Of a stretch of DNA of 60,047 bases, positions 57,557 to 60,047 are shown piece by piece. The stretch covers positions 1 through 60,047 of IMG/VR virus record IMGVR_UViG_3300044823_000503; one strand, given 5' to 3'. Under the pieces are notes generated by a model. The model searched no databases. It saw only the letters and a program-made list of their open reading frames with translations, and was not told the DNA's origin. How positions within the stretch are numbered: position 1 is the stretch's first letter; every line of letters starts with the position of its first letter. The stretch is from a virus (lineage: Duplodnaviria; Caudoviricetes). A program made the translations under genes and the position numbers.

Positions 57557-57844
57557 TCAGTGGGTGAGCCGCCGCTCCGCCTCCTCCAGGTCCGTCTCGG
57601 TCACCATACCGCTCATCTCAGCCGCCTTCTCGGCCCGCCGTCGGGCCCGCGCGATCATCCTGGAGACCACCGGCTGCTTCACTCGCAGCAGGATGGCGGC
57701 CTCACTCACCCCCAGCCGCTGAGCCCCCACCTCCACGATGAGGATCGGCAGGATCCTGCTCTGCAAATCCCTCGCGGCGGCGAGGTATCGCTGTCGTTCC
57801 TCACCGAAGCGCTCCAGGGTCCGCTTCGGATCCGTTTTAGCCAC
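57557..57844 (-). CDS. HTH DNA-binding protein
   Basis: GVSEAAILLRVKQPVVSRMIARARR. Confidence 0.7.
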   Translation of the reverse strand: MAKTDPKRTLERFGEERQRYLAAARDLQSRILPILIVEVGAQRLGVSEAAILLRVKQPVVSRMIARARRRAEKAAEMSGMVTETDLEEAERRLTH

Positions 57845-58073
57845 CGTGCTGGGCCGTCTCACGCCGCCGACGCGCCCTGGAGATCATCCGCGAAGCGGTG
57901 GACGGGTTCACTCTCAATATCTGCGCCACTTTGGCCGCCGACCAGCGGCCCGCATCAACCTCCTCCATGACGGTGGCCAAGATCTCAGCCTGGAGCCGTT
58001 GGGCGGCCTGAAGTTCAACTCGCCGGGCCGCACCCAGGCGTTTCAACTCCGCCCGAACGTCCTCCTTTTCCAT
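57837..58073 (-). CDS. HTH DNA-binding protein, tandem paralogue of 57557
   Basis: SAAKVAQILRVNPSTASRMISRARR. Confidence 0.7.
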   Translation of the reverse strand: MEKEDVRAELKRLGAARRVELQAAQRLQAEILATVMEEVDAGRWSAAKVAQILRVNPSTASRMISRARRRRETAQHGG

Positions 58074-58121
58074 CGTGGCCGTACCCTACCACGCGCTCCA
58101 TACCCTGTGCATTCGGGGAAT

Positions 58122-58254
58122 ATAGCCAGGCTATGGCGATATAGCCAGGCTATGCATGCCCAGTGCCCAGGCTATATCGTCTCCATAGCCTGGCTATGGT
58201 GAATTCAAACCCTGCTTCCATAGCCTGGCTATGAAGGCTCCATAGCGTGGCTAT
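58122..58254. repeat. Six copies of the palindrome ATAGCCWGGCTAT
   Basis: 58122, 58141, ~58165 (partial), 58185, 58220, 58242 (1 mismatch). Confidence 0.9.
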
Positions 58255-58502
58255 ATCGCCATCCTGACATGCCCAAACGGAGCGAACATCCTCACACCTT
58301 GGAAATCAAACGCGTCACGGTCGTATTCGGCTTACACCTTGCAACCCTTGGAAGGCATTTAAAGTGCTTACGCGCACCCATGCGGGCAGGGAGAACCGAC
58401 CAATGCTGAGAGCCGCTGCGAAGAGAGCCATTAATAGGCCCGGTCGCTGTTTTGACTGTATGCCGATCTCAGAAGGCAGCCCGTCAGGGGCCAAGGGTTG
58501 CC

Positions 58503-59003
58503 CTACCGAACGGGTGGCGGGGGCTCCAGATGGGGGTTTTCGACCAGCTTTGGCAGGAACGCCTGCGGATCGCGCCAAGCGAGACCCCGCCAGTGGGTCC
58601 GATTGGCGTCCTTTCCGGAGCGAAACTGGGCGAAGCCGTATTCGTTCAGGCGCAGACCGAGGAGACGCCGAGAGGGTGGCCGGCTCGGTCTGCCGAGCCC
58701 GTTCACCGACCACCAGGCGCAGAACCGCTCCCAGACCTCGGCGGAACCGAGGTGGGAGGTGGCGTCGACCAGGCACTCCTCCTCGATGAAGCCCGCCTCG
58801 GGGTCCAGCCCCTGCTGCCGCCAGGTGAGCGGGGCGTCGGGATCTGGCTGAGTGTCGGGCGCGGGCGTCGGCGGCTTCCCGTTGCCAGCCCTCACCACCG
58901 CAACCATGGTCCGGAGCACCCCATCCCAGAGCGGCTCGAGGTCGAGCAGCTCATCGACCAGGGCATGAACCTCCGCCCGCTGCGGGGTGGTCGAGGCGGT
59001 CAC
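58503..59003 (-). CDS. Stand-alone winged-helix domain like the C-terminus of D5/P4 primase-helicases
   Basis: FIEEEC...VWERFCAWW..NG...R.LG.RL...GF...R...WRGL. Confidence 0.6.
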   Translation of the reverse strand: MTASTTPQRAEVHALVDELLDLEPLWDGVLRTMVAVVRAGNGKPPTPAPDTQPDPDAPLTWRQQGLDPEAGFIEEECLVDATSHLGSAEVWERFCAWWSVNGLGRPSRPPSRRLLGLRLNEYGFAQFRSGKDANRTHWRGLAWRDPQAFLPKLVENPHLEPPPPVR

Positions 59004-59989
59004 CGGTATCCGGCCCGCACCCGGTACCGGCCGCCGCTCACCCGCTCCAGCCCACCGCCCTCCACCAGGGTGGAGAGGTGGGTGAAGATCCGGCTGATGT
59101 CGTCCTCCCCCAGTGCCTGGGCCACCTCATGAGCACCGAAGTTGCCCGTGAGGCTGAGGCAGGCGTCCAACACCATGGCGCGGGTGAGGATACCGCCGTT
59201 GCTCATGGTCGTGGCCCGCCGGCGCCCCGCCTCCAGCGCCAGATCGGGGAATCGCTCCGCTAGGTGGCGCGGGTCCCCGCGCAGATCGGAGAGGGCAGTG
59301 GACACGGTGGCGGCCTGGAGGGCGCGATCCCAGGCTTGCCGGCGGAGGTCAGCCGTGATCTTGTCCCCGGCACGAAACGTGACGCGATCAAGGTGGGCAG
59401 CCGCCTTTATACTGGCGCGAACGGGGGTAGCGGTCGGCGAGCGCCCTTCAGGGGCCCCTGTTGAGTGGCCCGACCGAGAAGCAAGGGCGGCGTCCTCGGA
59501 CGCGGGGGCGCCGCCCGGCTCCTGCCGGAGTGTTCCACGGGGAACATGACCGTGGATGGCCCGGAAGCGCCCCCGGGCGAGGTGGTCGATCTCCCCGGCG
59601 TCCGCGAGGGCGTTCAGGTGGACGCGCACCTCGTCCCATGCTCCGACGCTCCTGGCGCGGAGCTGCTCCGCGATGGCCATGGTCGTGAAGGAGAGTGCAT
59701 GCGTGCGGCAGGCGGCCAGGACGCGGCCCCGGCTGACCGAGGTGGGGGGGACGGGGGGCGGCTCCGGATCATCCCGGCCGCCCCCCTCATCGGCGGCCGG
59801 TGGGGTTGTGCCCGCCACCCTAGCCGCCGGCTCTATGGGATCCTCGGCCGGATCGTCGCACAGCCCCGCCTCGCCGACGCGGAGCCCGACAAACACCTCC
59901 ATGGCGCGGAGTGCCTTGTCGGCGGCATCGACCCGGGCGAGCAGGTTCTGCCACCTCGCCCTGGCCTCCACGCACTCGCGCGCATCCAT
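59000..59989 (-). CDS. Protein with two winged-HTH repeats
   Basis: VLAAC...AIAEQL...HLNALADAGEI..LARGRFR and VLDAC...EVAQAL...HLSTLVEGG.LERVSGGRYR. Confidence 0.6.
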   Translation of the reverse strand: MDARECVEARARWQNLLARVDAADKALRAMEVFVGLRVGEAGLCDDPAEDPIEPAARVAGTTPPAADEGGGRDDPEPPPVPPTSVSRGRVLAACRTHALSFTTMAIAEQLRARSVGAWDEVRVHLNALADAGEIDHLARGRFRAIHGHVPRGTLRQEPGGAPASEDAALASRSGHSTGAPEGRSPTATPVRASIKAAAHLDRVTFRAGDKITADLRRQAWDRALQAATVSTALSDLRGDPRHLAERFPDLALEAGRRRATTMSNGGILTRAMVLDACLSLTGNFGAHEVAQALGEDDISRIFTHLSTLVEGGGLERVSGGRYRVRAGYR

Positions 59990-60047
59990 AGGGATGGATG
60001 ATTGCACGAAACCATACCACAACCGAGGTGGCAAAACGTGCAAACTA

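Noticed and set aside
23584-59595. Other GATCTC(C/T)C occurrences (23584, 23641, 35788, 36765, 47536, 59588; also 15326)
   Set aside because: No TANNNT-like hexamer with a suitable start at 20-21 nt spacing, so they were not counted as promoters.

Overview
High-GC (~70%) window that reads end to end as one temperate, probably tailless and membrane-containing virus or provirus of a monoderm bacterium. No HK97 capsid, portal, terminase, tape measure, integrase or FtsK/HerA packaging ATPase is recognisable in the window. The + strand (1-21 kb) carries a zincin, a GH25-like hydrolase, a methyltransferase/glycosyltransferase cluster (one gene holds a LAGLIDADG intein), membrane proteins, putative single-jelly-roll capsid proteins, spike/fibre genes and an SCP2 lipid carrier. 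The main finding is at 21.7-23.9 kb: a stand-alone Cas7/RAMP-like gene (22111-22761) with two non-coding arrays. Both arrays are built from GAC-(NNN-CC)4-6 units and are transcribed divergently. This looks like a programmable RNA-guided module with a punctuated guide, not a CRISPR array. It is followed by an MmcB-like nuclease, a serine resolvase, CHAP and papain-like enzymes, a left-truncated IS1595, an XRE switch and small early genes. The - strand (38.5-60 kb) carries paralogues of structural genes, an AAA+ ATPase, an epimerase, two DNA methyltransferases bounded by short repeats, Cys-rich muralytic enzymes, tandem HTH genes and a palindrome array. Two shared signals tie both strands into one regulon: a promoter (GATCTCCC-N20/21-TANNNT, 8 copies) and a C-terminal tag (S-x-P/A-G-I/L-L, 5 proteins). 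All family calls come from motif recognition by eye; no searches were run.
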